The notes under the pieces are model-generated. The model worked only from the letters and a program-made list of their open reading frames with translations. It made no database searches and was not told the DNA's origin. Shown here in pieces: positions 1 through 11,057 of a DNA stretch of 64,000 nucleotides (the first letter of the stretch is position 1; the number at the start of each line of letters is the position of its first letter). The stretch lies in assembly GCA_964016885.1 (NCBI GenBank), contig OZ024741.1, positions 252,402,001 to 252,466,000 of the forward strand, read 5' to 3'. Source of the stretch: Eledone cirrhosa. Taxonomy: Eukaryota. Made by a program: the position numbers and the translations under genes.

Positions 1-869
1 ATTTAGAGAATATAAATAATAGGATGAATATATGTTGTTATAGATATTTCAGATGATATCATTCATATGGTAAATGAAATAATTTATGCATTTGAAGTGG
101 ATTTGCTAAAAAAATGAAAAAATATATATAATAGAAATGTTAACATTTCTACTTTGATGTCTTAATATACTGCTCATGATTACAATTCAAAGTATTCATG
201 GGAGATAATTACTTTTATAGAATGTAGTTATTCTAATTATCTCCCTTAATGTATCATATTTTATATAGATTCTCCAGAAATTGTGGGTTGTAATAATGGA
301 TTTAACACTAAAAATAAATCTTGGGTGATTAAAGATAAACATTTAAACAGTTTCACATTTCCATTTTTAAACTAAGATTCAAAGAAATGTAGATAAATAT
401 TAAATAACAATTTATGGTGTATGATATTGTGTGATAATACATTAAGAGATGTTAGATAATACATTAAGAGAAAGAACTATGAATGTAATATTGTGATAGG
501 GTACAGTGTCTCGATATCACAACATATCTACGAGAATTGATATATGTTAATGTGATATTGTGTCAGAGTATCACATCGTATATGAAGAGATGTATCTTAA
601 TATCTACCAATGTGATATTGTTATTGGTACAGAAGGTCTAGATATCACATTATATATCAAGAGATGTAGCATAATATTTGTCAGTCGGATATTGTGTGAT
701 AATGTAAAGTATATCTGGATATCACAATGTATATTAAATCATTTAATCTGTCATTTAAGAAATAAGTTAATTTTATATATTAATAAAATTTCAAATTTTA
801 AAAATTATCAGATTTACAAAACAGGATTATTTCTTATTTAATTTCAAGTGAGATAATATGAAAACTTAC

Positions 870-897
870 CAAACGTGGGAAATATAAGACATCCAAA
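870..897 (-). other. Putative 28-nt 5'UTR micro-exon of the off-window gene (unit 0)
   Basis: TTTTCTCATTCAG|TTTGGATGTCTTATATTTCCCACGTTTG|GTAAGT. Confidence 0.7.
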
Positions 898-1124
898 CTG
901 AATGAGAAAACGTTTTTAAGTTGAACATTTCAAGTCATCCAATTTTGATAACAGAAGAATCTATCAGTTGCCCCCTGTATCCAATAGTAACAGACCTGGT
1001 CATTAATATATGGGTCCCTTCCATCAGATGTGACCCTAAAATATTTTGAAATATATCAACAATGTATGAAAGGACAGAGAAATAGTTTTTATAGAAATAC
1101 ATTTGTAAAGAATTTCTCTACCAT

Positions 1125-1300
1125 GCCTTATCATCATCATCAACAATGTTATCCTCCATTTTCCTCCCTAACATGGATTGGATGAATTGTCGCATAGTGA
1201 AACAAGTCAGATCAGATGACTGTATCTTGTTCATATAAACGGTTTTCTGGTTTGTTTCTATGGCTTGATGCCCTTCCCAACTACAATTATAGTGTGGACT
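1125..1300 (-). mobile_element. Decayed SINE tail (also ~10410-10590 and ~21290-21470)
   Basis: (CAT)n tail followed by ...GATGCCCTTCCCAAC..., resembling the younger SINE family. Confidence 0.5.
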
Positions 1301-1352
1301 GGGATAAGGGAGGTGCAAATCTGTAGAAAAAGGTGGAATGCTTCACATATAT

Positions 1353-1397
<45 letters not shown>

Positions 1398-3135
1398 TAA
1401 TAATAGTAATAAGTACAAAGACCAAAATTCAGACAGGTCACAATAAGGGTTATATATATATATATATGTATATGTACATATAGGAAGTATGTGAGAATAA
1501 TATTGATATTGAAATGTTATTTAACTGTCTTCATCTAGATAGATTTCTCATTGATATAATCACGATGAAAATAAATATAATCTGTACTACAGAATCAACT
1601 GTAAATAGACATTCTGTGCTATAGATGAAACTATAAATATACAGTCTGCATGCTGTACGAAGCTATAAATATTGTGAGAAAGTCTTTATATAAAAAGAGT
1701 TTGCAAATATATTTATATATTTATATATGTGTGTGTGAGTGTAAAATTGAAAACCTACTTTAGTTTATTGCAAATCTTCACAATCATCAATCCATTGGTA
1801 AAGATATTGTAAACGTTTGAATTAACAAACCTGTTTTTAACTGTTTTCAACTAAATCCCGACAGTAAAAAAAAATCATCAGAAAGAAACAAAAAGATACA
1901 AAATCTGTTTGTCAGAGTTAAAATCTGTGTTGTAAAGAGAACTGAAATTCCAGGAAGCAAGTCTGACATGTGTGAACAGATATAATGGTTTTCTATTCAT
2001 TATATATATAATCCATGTCAAAAATGACCGTATATCCTATCAAAATATCTGCTACTATTCTCAATAAGCAACAATGCTTCTAACAGAAGTTTATCATTAT
2101 TATTATGACTGCTATTATTATTTTTATTTTGCCTCATTATTGCTTTTCTGAACACCTTGTGCTCCTTGAGTATGAGCAGTGTAGGATTTGTTTCTATTAT
2201 ACTGATAGTAATTTTCATAATATCTGTGCAGTGCCTAGTAGTGCTATCTTTTGTATGCTAGATATATTTATAAATCATGACGTTTGGGCTATGTATTAGT
2301 CTGTGTCATTTTTTATCATTCCTAGAGCATCTATTATTATAGGGATTGTTTCTGTTTTCATTTTCCACAATCGAGTTATTATTATTATCATTATTATTAT
2401 TATTTCCAGAATGACTAATCCACATACATATTAGAGAATCAATATCCACTGACATAGACATATATGTTGTCTTTAATAATACTCTTATATATACATTTCA
2501 GACCATAAATTTCTCTCAGACTTTGTCATACAACAATGTCTGACATCATCACGATATCTGCTGCTCTGTAATTATAGATTCATTAAGATGTCTTCCTATA
2601 TTTTGTTAAGATATTTCTACAATGTTCTGAAAACATCAATTAATGATTATGACATGATACAATATATATATAAAATATTACTTTAGAATTATTTCTGCTA
2701 TATATATATAATGATAATGTGATTAGATTGTTTATAGTAAATATAGAAGTGAAATAATATAAATTAGGAAAAATGGAGTAAAGGCAGGATGTTGTGAAGA
2801 CAAAATGGAGTTTTACTATCATATATGTTGTTTAGTTAGACAAGCTACACACATAATTTTAACTACCAAACAATAGAGTAAAATAAAATAATAAAATAAT
2901 ATTTATTAACTACATTAATATATAAATAGTGTATTTCTAACACTGAATTGAGAAAAATGTAATAATAGGTTAGTATTTTATACTAATATGTATGTTATAT
3001 GTGGAACATCAGTTGATGGTATTTCTCAGTGATAGAAATGGTCTTTTATAAATCTCTTTTAATAATTTCTTACATGTAATATTTTCACATTATATCAAAG
3101 ATGAAATCTGTGAATAAAACAAGATGTACACTTAC

Positions 3136-3480
3136 CTCCATTGTCTCATCCATAATCTATGTCTGTGTATGATACTCTGTGTTAGTATGTGGTAGAGTGT
3201 GATAGTGTCTCTATGGTAGTAGTAGAGAGAGGGATCACAAGATGTAACTGCTGCTGCTGCTGTTATTGTTGTTGTTGTTATTGCTGTTATTGTTACTGGT
3301 GCAGTTCTTATTGTTGTTATTTCTGTGGCCGTTGCTGTTGTTACAGATACTGTTGTTATTGCTGCTGCTGTTGTTACTGTTGTTTTTGTTTTTGTTATTA
3401 CTGCTGCTGTTTCCCTGCTGCAGCAGTCTACTACACACACACAATATTACTACACTCCAATGATGTGTCATAAGAGAGCT
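3136..3480 (-). other. Putative leader exon 1 of the unit-0 gene (triplet-rich 5'UTR; 5' end uncertain)
   Basis: Perfect donor ATGGAG|GTAAGT at 3136/3135, preceded by conserved unique sequence and an AAC/AGC/AAT tract. No convincing acceptor immediately upstream. Confidence 0.55.
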
Positions 3481-3635
3481 GTATAGTCTGTGTAGTGTAT
3501 AGTCTATATACGAGTTCTAGATTCATCATGTACAGTGTAACAATGGTGTGTAGTATATATTTATATGTGGAATTTAGATATATTTTGTGTTGTACAAATA
3601 TATGATGTTTTGAATTACATGGAATATCACTCAAC
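3455..3635 (-). promoter_or_regulatory. Candidate per-gene promoter block (repeated upstream of each leader exon)
   Basis: A ~180-bp unique block, well conserved in all 7 units, lies between variable simple repeats. On the minus strand TATATAG (3510-3504) sits ~30 nt before CAGCTCTCTTATGACACATCAT. The support is positional only. Confidence 0.35.
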
Positions 3636-3700
3636 GTTCTGTTCCTTATATATATACACAACAGAATATGGAGTAATATTCATGTAATTTAACACACAAT

Positions 3701-3762
<62 letters not shown>

Positions 3763-4160
3763 CTTGTCTAGCCCATTCAAGAAGAGGACATAAAAATGAT
3801 GATATATATCTATATATATATATATATATATATCAGAATGGAGGCTGTAAAAACCAGTTAGATCATTACTCACCAGAGTACTCGATAATTGTGATAGAGT
3901 GTGTAATATGAAAAATTTCTGGACCCAGACGGCTGAGTTCCAGTCGTTTCAACAGCTGGATCCAAACAGAATTTGGCTCTTGCTGTGTAAATGGCAGGAG
4001 CTCAGCCATCGGTGTCATGATTTTTTTTATATATATATATCATCATTTTTACATCCACTTTTCTATGCTTGCATGAGCTGAGCAGTAATATATGTATATA
4101 TATATATATATAAGGTGGGGGTGCATAAGTACATACACACATAAATATATGTATATACAC

Positions 4161-4213
<53 letters not shown>

Positions 4214-4468
4214 TGAAGCATGGTATGTACCTGTTATAATATCCAGATTGACAGTACAATGGTCATATCAGTATATGTGTAGGGGTACCTGTGTGCATGT
4301 ATGTGTGTGTTTATGTATATGTTTATGGGTGTCTATGTATCTATAGTATATGTCTGTGAAAATGTCTTCATAGAATGCTCCAGAATGCTAAGATCCCGAC
4401 TCAATGGTCCACAGACTTTCTTTCTATCTCTTTCTCACAATTTCTGTTCCTCTGGTAGAAATGTGGTT

Positions 4469-4492
4469 TTATTTTTTAACTCTTGTTGGTAA
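4469..4492 (-). CDS. Putative terminal coding exon of gene A (LPTRVKK*)
   Basis: Strong acceptor TGTTGTTTTCTCTGTTTCAG| followed by TTA CCA ACA AGA GTT AAA AAA TAA in phase 0, matching the large-exon donor. Conserved in every unit. Confidence 0.6.
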   Translation of the reverse strand, partial: LPTRVKK

Positions 4493-4869
4493 CTGAAACA
4501 GAGAAAACAACATATAGCATCCAACAAATCATTGAATATTACATTTTATGTCTGACGTACAATGTCTGACAGAGAATATATCTAGTCAATAAATGGCATG
4601 TTTTAGGATTGGTTGAAAGGACTCTTCAGTTACGAGATGACAACCTCTCTAGTGTTAGTACCATAGAGAACACACCCAATATATTCTGTGAGGTGGTTGG
4701 TAATAGGAAGGGCATCTGGCCTTACTAGCCATGGCATAAATGTCTTGAGAGGACACTTCAATAGTGTCATGGACAATCCCAGATTCTCACTTTTAACTAG
4801 ACTATACAGTTGTCAGTGTATGTAGCTCTCTCTTCTGACTCATCTGAAGTTGCAAAGTAAGGGTCTACA

Positions 4870-5410
4870 GATTTTAAAAACATAGTCTTACACTCACTGA
4901 TCACTAGAGATATTTTAAGAAACAACCCTACATTCAACCTACACTAGATATTATATAAAATAGTCTTAAACTCAAGCTCCAAATGAAATATTTTAAGAAA
5001 TAGTCTTACACTTCATATCGATGAAAGATGTTTTAAGAAATAGAGTTACGCCATAATCACTACAATTATGTTAAGAAACAGCACTACACTCCACCTTTTG
5101 TAGATATTTTATGCAATAGTCTTGCACTCAACATCCACTTGAAATATATTAAAGAAAATTCTTACATTCCATCTTCTCTACAGATATTTCAAGGAATAAT
5201 TTCACACTCCCTATCTATTACAGATATTTTAACAAATAGTCTTCATCACGTGAGATATTCTAAATTTTTACACTCCATCATCATGAGAGATATTTTAAGA
5301 AACAACACTACACTCCACCTTCACTACATTTAGTTTAACAAATAGTCTTAACCCACCTCCCTACCTCTCAACTGATATTGTAAGAAATAGTTTTATACAA
5401 TTATTTTAAG
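4870..5410. repeat. Degenerate ~37-40 bp minisatellite (AGATATTTTAAGAAATAGTCTTACACTCCA-like), recurring in each large-exon 3' intron
   Basis: More than a dozen diverged copies here. Related arrays at ~14690-15300, 25570-26000, 34970-35520, 44930-45260, 53790-54120 and 62890-63220. Confidence 0.75.
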
Positions 5411-5454
5411 AAACATCATTACACTCTAGATTCACAAAAAGTCTGTCTGAAGCA

Positions 5455-5705
5455 AGAAGGCTTGCCAAGGTGGTGCATATCGCAGTTTGATGGCGTGATG
5501 TGACAGAGTACAAGACTCTCCCTTGAACAGGACACCAGTGCGTCACAGGGTTAATCCCGCAGCTGTTGTTGGTACTCATTTTCAGAGTATACTGCAGCAA
5601 CATGAAATGGTGTGTTTTGCTTAAGAACACAACACACAACCCGGCCCAGGAATCAACCCCACAACATTATGATTGTTAGTACAACGCCCTTACCACTAGG
5701 CCACA
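5455..5705 (-). mobile_element. Old tRNA-derived SINE duplicated with the unit (also ~16540-16775 and ~35545-35793; truncated near 26010-26085)
   Basis: Minus-strand head GTGGCCTAGTGGTAAGGGCG...GGTTGATTCC and core TTCTTAAGCAAAACAC. Confidence 0.65.
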
Positions 5706-5988
5706 GACATCCACTTCAGCTTCACTAGATATATATTGATAAATACTCTTTCCCTCTCTATTCACTAAGATATAAACTTTCACTCCATCTTAACTAGAGG
5801 TATTCTAAACAATATTCTGACACATCACTTCAGGGGAGAACAAACAACTGAAACATTGAAAGTTGTTTACAAGTGTTAGGACATCACTATACATTACAAA
5901 CTTCCAATAGTGGTATTGAGTTGTGATACATATGATACATATAACAATAGATTTGGTGGTGATATATAATATAGAAAATGTAACTTAC

Positions 5989-8421
5989 CAATATTGTATT
6001 TGGTGGACTCTTCTCCAGGGTACCTGTGTCTATCCATTCACTCTGGGATTCATACTGGGGGTAAAAGTCTCCCTGACATTCTATATACTGGATGTTTCTA
6101 TAATTCAAATCTGTAGAATACCTCACTGGGGTACCAGGAACACTGCTGTTGCTGCTCTGACATGGTAAAGGTTGATCAATTCTGTTACATATAGCTGACC
6201 GATCAACACCTCTCCTAGTGGCCTTTGTAGATTGAGACTGACCACTGCTACATTTCAAAATACACAGTGTGATGGACACTACAATGACCACAGCCACTAT
6301 TACAGCTGCTACTATAATTATAATTAATATTGGTATATCAAATATTTTGTTCTTCTCTAACTGGACAGTGGTCATCTGTGGTGATGATGTCTTGTTAGTG
6401 ACCTTTAATGATAAAGACACAGTAGTTGTGGCTGACATCACTGGGGAACCAGAATCCTTGACCACAAGTACCAGTTGATATGAGCCAGCTTCATTGAGAT
6501 GAGGTGGACGTGAGAAAGACATTTGACCAGTAAAAGAGTTCAGTGTAAACAACTGTTTATTATTACCATCAAGTATTCCATATTTGAGGAAGGCATTTAA
6601 ATGACTGTCTCTATCAGTGGCTTTAATCACAGTGATGGCATTGGTACTTTGTGGATGGTAGTGGACATTGATATGGAATGGGTCAGTTGTAGGGTAGATA
6701 AAATATGGACTATTGTCATTTCTGTCTAAAACCTCAATAACAACATTGGCTGTATTATTCAATGAGGGTTGACCATTGTCTTTGACAAATACTTCAAATT
6801 TATACATGTCTTCTTCTTCTCTATCTAATGGTATGTTACTGGTAATAAAACCATAGTCACTCACCTTAAATGGTATATTATTTCTGTCTTTACTTAATAT
6901 TGAGTAAGTTAGTTGACCAGCCCTTCCTAGGTCTAGGTCAGTGGCATTAATAAAACCTATAGGAAAGTTAGCTTTACCATTCTCATAAGTAAGGAAGTGG
7001 AATTTATCTTTGGTAAATTGTGGTTTCACATCATTCACATCCATTACTTCAATAGAAATCTTTCTCTCTGTCTTTAAAGGAGGACTTCCATTGTCTTCAC
7101 ATACGAGTTTCATGCTAAAATGGTCAGATGTTTCTCTGTCAAGTGATTTCTTCAAAGTAATTTTATATTCCTTTGATTCTAAATGTGAGAGGACAACTTT
7201 ATCATGTTTTAAATTACAAGTCACCTCTCCATTCTCTCCTACATCATTGTCCACTACATTGACATAAGCTATATAACTGCCCACTTTAGTTCCTTCATAA
7301 ATTGCTGCTGTATCCTTCTTTAGTTCAGACACAAAATTCATATCAATTTCTGGAGCATGGTTCTTTTCATTAAGAACATTTACCCGAACAATAGCAAAGG
7401 AATTTAGTGGAGGAGTCCCACCATCTTTGGCCTCTACATATAACTTGAGAATTTTCTTTTTCTGAGATGTAAAGTGTTTTTTGACAAACAGTTCACCTGT
7501 TTGATGTTCTATTTTAAAGTAGCCTCTTGTGCGTCCTGGAGTTTTTGAACTGATATAGAAAGTAACTTGACCATTCTGTCCAGAATCTGGGTCTTTGGCT
7601 GACAATGTCAATATAGGAATATCATTAGCATGTGTATTTTTGATGGAAATATTGTAGATATGTTTTGAAAAAACTGGTGAGTTATCATTAACATCAATTA
7701 TTGTTATATGAACATGTAAAATTCCTTGTTTTGGAGGTTGTCCTCCATCTTTAGCTATCACTTCTAGATTATAACTATCCTTTAGTTCCCTATCTAGTTT
7801 GTCTCCCAGAACAATTCCTATTTTAGCTCCACCTGTGATAGTTTTCCTAACAGACAATATAAATGGTTCATTGAATTTTTTCTTCAATTTATATGTAACT
7901 TCAGAGTTCTCCATTCCGATATCTTTGTCAATTGCTTCTGGTATTAATCTTTCTGCTCCTTCACCATCATCCTCATCAAATGTTAATTTCAAATTCTCTT
8001 GGGGATATTCTGGGCTGTGATCATTGATGTCTTGTATAATGACTTTAACTTTTATAATTTTCAAAAATGTCTTCCTTTTATGTACAGCAACTTTGATGTA
8101 CCTAAAACAATCTGATTCATATGTACACAGTTCCTCAGCATCAAGTGTTTGTGTAGTGTACAGTTTACCATCTTTTGTGACATTAAATAAGTGTGAAGAA
8201 TCTGATCTTTGTCGCTGTATTTGGTTATATGTGATGAAGTTATTTTCTACAAGCGAGGCACTATTTTCCATCTGTGTGTCAGCAGCAATATCCCCAACAA
8301 ATGTAAAGGGACTACTTTCTTCTTCTACATGGTAGCTCAGATCAACACAGACACAACTGTGTAGTAATAGACTGAGGACATTGGCAAGTAAGTATGTATT
8401 CCACACACAATCTACTTCCAT
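5989..8421 (-). CDS. Protocadherin A, large coding exon (811 codons: signal peptide, EC1-EC6, TM, cytoplasmic part)
   Basis: Cadherin motifs DINDHSP, LDRE, AKDGG, DVNDNSP, DVNDVKP, DRNDNSP; EC1 LDAEELC-x5-C; hydrophobic TM IPILIIIIVAAVIVAVVIVVSITLCIL. ATG is at 8421-8419 (the ORF track starts at the preceding GTG). Acceptor TTTCAG| at 8455/8454. Donor TTG|GTAAGT at 5989/5988, after which the paralogs diverge. Confidence 0.96.
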
Positions 8422-9399
8422 CACAGAATATTAAATCATATCTTCTGTTTTTATCTGAAATTACAGGAGAACATATAAAATTACTATTGAAATAAATCAT
8501 TGAAGTTTGAAATTATAATAAGAAATCCTTGTTAAAGTTCATGAAAAATGCAAAGTTAAAATTTAACAGTAGTATAATATATGTAATAACATCTAAATTT
8601 TAATGCTTAATATAGACATAAAATAAAAATATTAATGGTGCATGTATGTATATATGCATGCATGTATGTATATATGCATGCATATATGTATTATGCATGC
8701 GTTTATGTATGTATGAATGAATGTATGTATGCATGTATGTATGCAAATATGTATGTATGTAAGTATAGAAAACACATGCCTAGAATGGAAATATGGATAT
8801 TAAATTATGTTGACATATACTAAACATAGACATTCTGCTTGATATTAAATTTAGGGGAGAAGTAAAACTTTATGAACAAACTCAAAGTAGTTGAGAATAA
8901 ACTGATAAAAACTATTCTAGGTGTGTTGAACATTCTCATAAAAGTTGAGTTAATGTCCGTTAATATAATATTTAGAGAAGATAAATAAGATGAATATATA
9001 TTGTTATAGATATTTCAGATGATGTAATTTATATGGTAAATGAAATACTTCATGCATTTGAAGTGAATTTGCTAAAAAAAACAATGAATATATGTATTAG
9101 AAACTTTAATCATCTTTACTTTGATACTTTAATATACTGCAAATTATCATAATACAATATATTCATGGGAGATAATTACGTTTATAATGTGTAGTCATTG
9201 TAATTATCTCCCTTAATCTAACGTTGCATTCTAATCTTTCATTTTTTTTATATTGATTCACCTGAAATTTTAGGTTGTAAATAATGAATTTAACACCATA
9301 AATAAAGATTGGGTGATTAAAGATAAACATCTAAGTTTCACATTTCCATTCTTAAAACTAAGATTCAAAGAAACGTAGACAATATTAAATAACGATTTA

Positions 9400-9965
9400 T
9401 GGTGTGTGACATTGTGTGATAAATTACAGTGTGCCTGGATTGTACATAATATATTAAGAGAAAGAACATCTCTGTGAATGTAATATTGTGATAGGGTACA
9501 GTGTATCACAACATATCTAAGAGAATTAACATATTTCAATTTGATATTGTATGATAGTCCGAATATCACATCGTATATGAATAGATGTAATTTAATATCT
9601 ACCAATGTTATATTGTTATTGGTACAGAAGGTCTAAATATCACATTATATATCAAGAGATGTAACATAATATGTATCAATGTAAAGTATGTCCGAATATC
9701 ATATCGTATATGAAAACATGTAACTTAATATATATCAATGTGATATTGTTATTGGTACAGATGGTCTAAATAACACAATATATGTGAAGAGATAGGACAT
9801 ATTTATCAATGATATATTGTGTGTTAATGTACAGTGTATCTGAATATCACATCATATGTGAAGAGATGTAACATAATATATGTCAATGTGATATTGTACA
9901 GTATATCTGGATATCACAACATATATTAAAGGAAAGAACATAATATATGTGAGAGTGATGATATA
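9400..9965. repeat. Degenerate ~75 bp minisatellite (ATGTGATATTGTGTGATAATGTACAG...GGATATCACA), recurring in the micro-exon/large-exon intron
   Basis: Copy number varies between units (~410-740, 20510-20900, 29810-30130, 48950-49270, 57840-58230). Confidence 0.7.
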
Positions 9966-10137
9966 TTGTATGTCTCTATTGATACTCTTCTACGTTAAGT
10001 TAAAATCTTTTAATCTGTCATTTAAGAAATAAGTTAATTTGATATATTAATAAAATTTCAAATTTTAAAAATTATCCAGATTTACAAAACTTGATGAATT
10101 CTTATTTAATTTCAAGTGAGATAATATGAAAACTTAC

Positions 10138-10165
10138 CAAAAGTGGGAAATATAAGACATCCAAA
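10138..10165 (-). other. Putative 28-nt 5'UTR micro-exon of gene A
   Basis: TTTTTTCATTCAG|TTTGGATGTCTTATATTTCCCACTTTTG|GTAAGT. Confidence 0.7.
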
Positions 10166-10627
10166 CTGAATGAAAAAAACGTTTTTAAGTTGAACATTTC
10201 AAGTCATCCCATTTTGAGAACAACAGAAGAATCTATTAGTTGTCCCCTGTATCCAATAGTAACAGACCTGGTCATTAATATATGGGTCCCTTCCATCAGA
10301 TGTAACCCTAAATTATTTCAAAATATATCAACAATATATAATTACTGTAAAGAAAGGAGAGAGAAATAGTTTTTTTATAGAAATACATTTGTAAAGAATT
10401 TCTCTACCATGCCTTATCATCATCATCAACAATGTTATCCTCCATTTTCCTCCCTAACATGGATTGGATGAATTGTCCTGTGTGAGACAAGTCAGATCAG
10501 ATGACTGTATCTTGTTCATATAAACGTTTTTCTGGCTTGGTTTCTATGGCTTGATGCCCTTCCCAACCACATTTACAGTGTGGACTAGGGTAGGGGAGGT
10601 GCAAATCTGTATAAAAAGGTGGAATGC

Positions 10628-10674
<47 letters not shown>

Positions 10675-10679
10675 GCCAT

Positions 10680-11016
10680 GGAGGCACATGGCTTAGTGGT
10701 TAGAGCATTGGCCTTGCAATCGAAAGGTTCTGAGTTCAATTCTCAGACCGGGTGATGTGTTGTTTCCTTGAGCAAGACACTTTATTTCACATTGCTCCAG
10801 TTTACTCAGCTGTAGAAATGAAATAATAGGGACTGGGGTTCCTATCATTCCACTGCAAAGTGGTCATGGATGTGCCATGGCAAAAAAGCATCCACCACTC
10901 ACTGTAAATGAGGTTGGTGTTAGGAAGAGCATCCAGCTGTAGAAATCAAGCCAGAATCAGTTCCCGTCCTACCCTTGCAAGCAGGGAAAAGCGGACGTAA
11001 AATGAAATGATGATGA

Positions 11017-11020
<4 letters not shown>
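10680..11020 (+). mobile_element. tRNA-derived SINE, near full length
   Basis: A box TGGCTTAGTGG, B box GAGTTCAATTC, CORE-like CCTTGAGCAAGACACTT and (TGA)n tail. Inserted in a (TA)n tract and absent from units 0 and B. Confidence 0.85.

Positions 11021-11057
<37 letters not shown>

Noticed and set aside
3132-3473. Cys-, Leu-, Asn- or Thr-rich ORFs over the triplet tracts in each unit
   Set aside because: They are products of simple triplet repeats. Frames and stops are not conserved between units (e.g. a deletion shifts the SCDPSLYYYH frame in C and D).
4870-5410. Regularly spaced ~37-40 bp repeats superficially like a CRISPR array
   Set aside because: The whole unit is degenerate, there are no unique spacers, no cas genes are present and the context is eukaryotic. 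It is a minisatellite.
5887-5988. ORF-track C-terminal extensions (VSYIFY..., and equivalents in the other paralogs)
   Set aside because: They begin exactly at a GTAAGT donor and differ in length and sequence between copies. They are probably intron, unless retained.
6205-6224. Possible exonic CTCF site (minus strand GGCCACTAGGAGAGG) in each large exon
   Set aside because: It matches only the first half of the motif and lacks the GGC core. Coding homogenisation explains its conservation.
6269-8335. Recurrent plus-strand ORFs inside the protocadherin exons
   Set aside because: These are antisense shadows of the coding frame. They recur only because the exons are duplicated.
10680-10750. tRNA-like sequence
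   Set aside because: The A and B boxes run into SINE core and tail sequence with no proper acceptor stem. It is a SINE head, not a tRNA gene.
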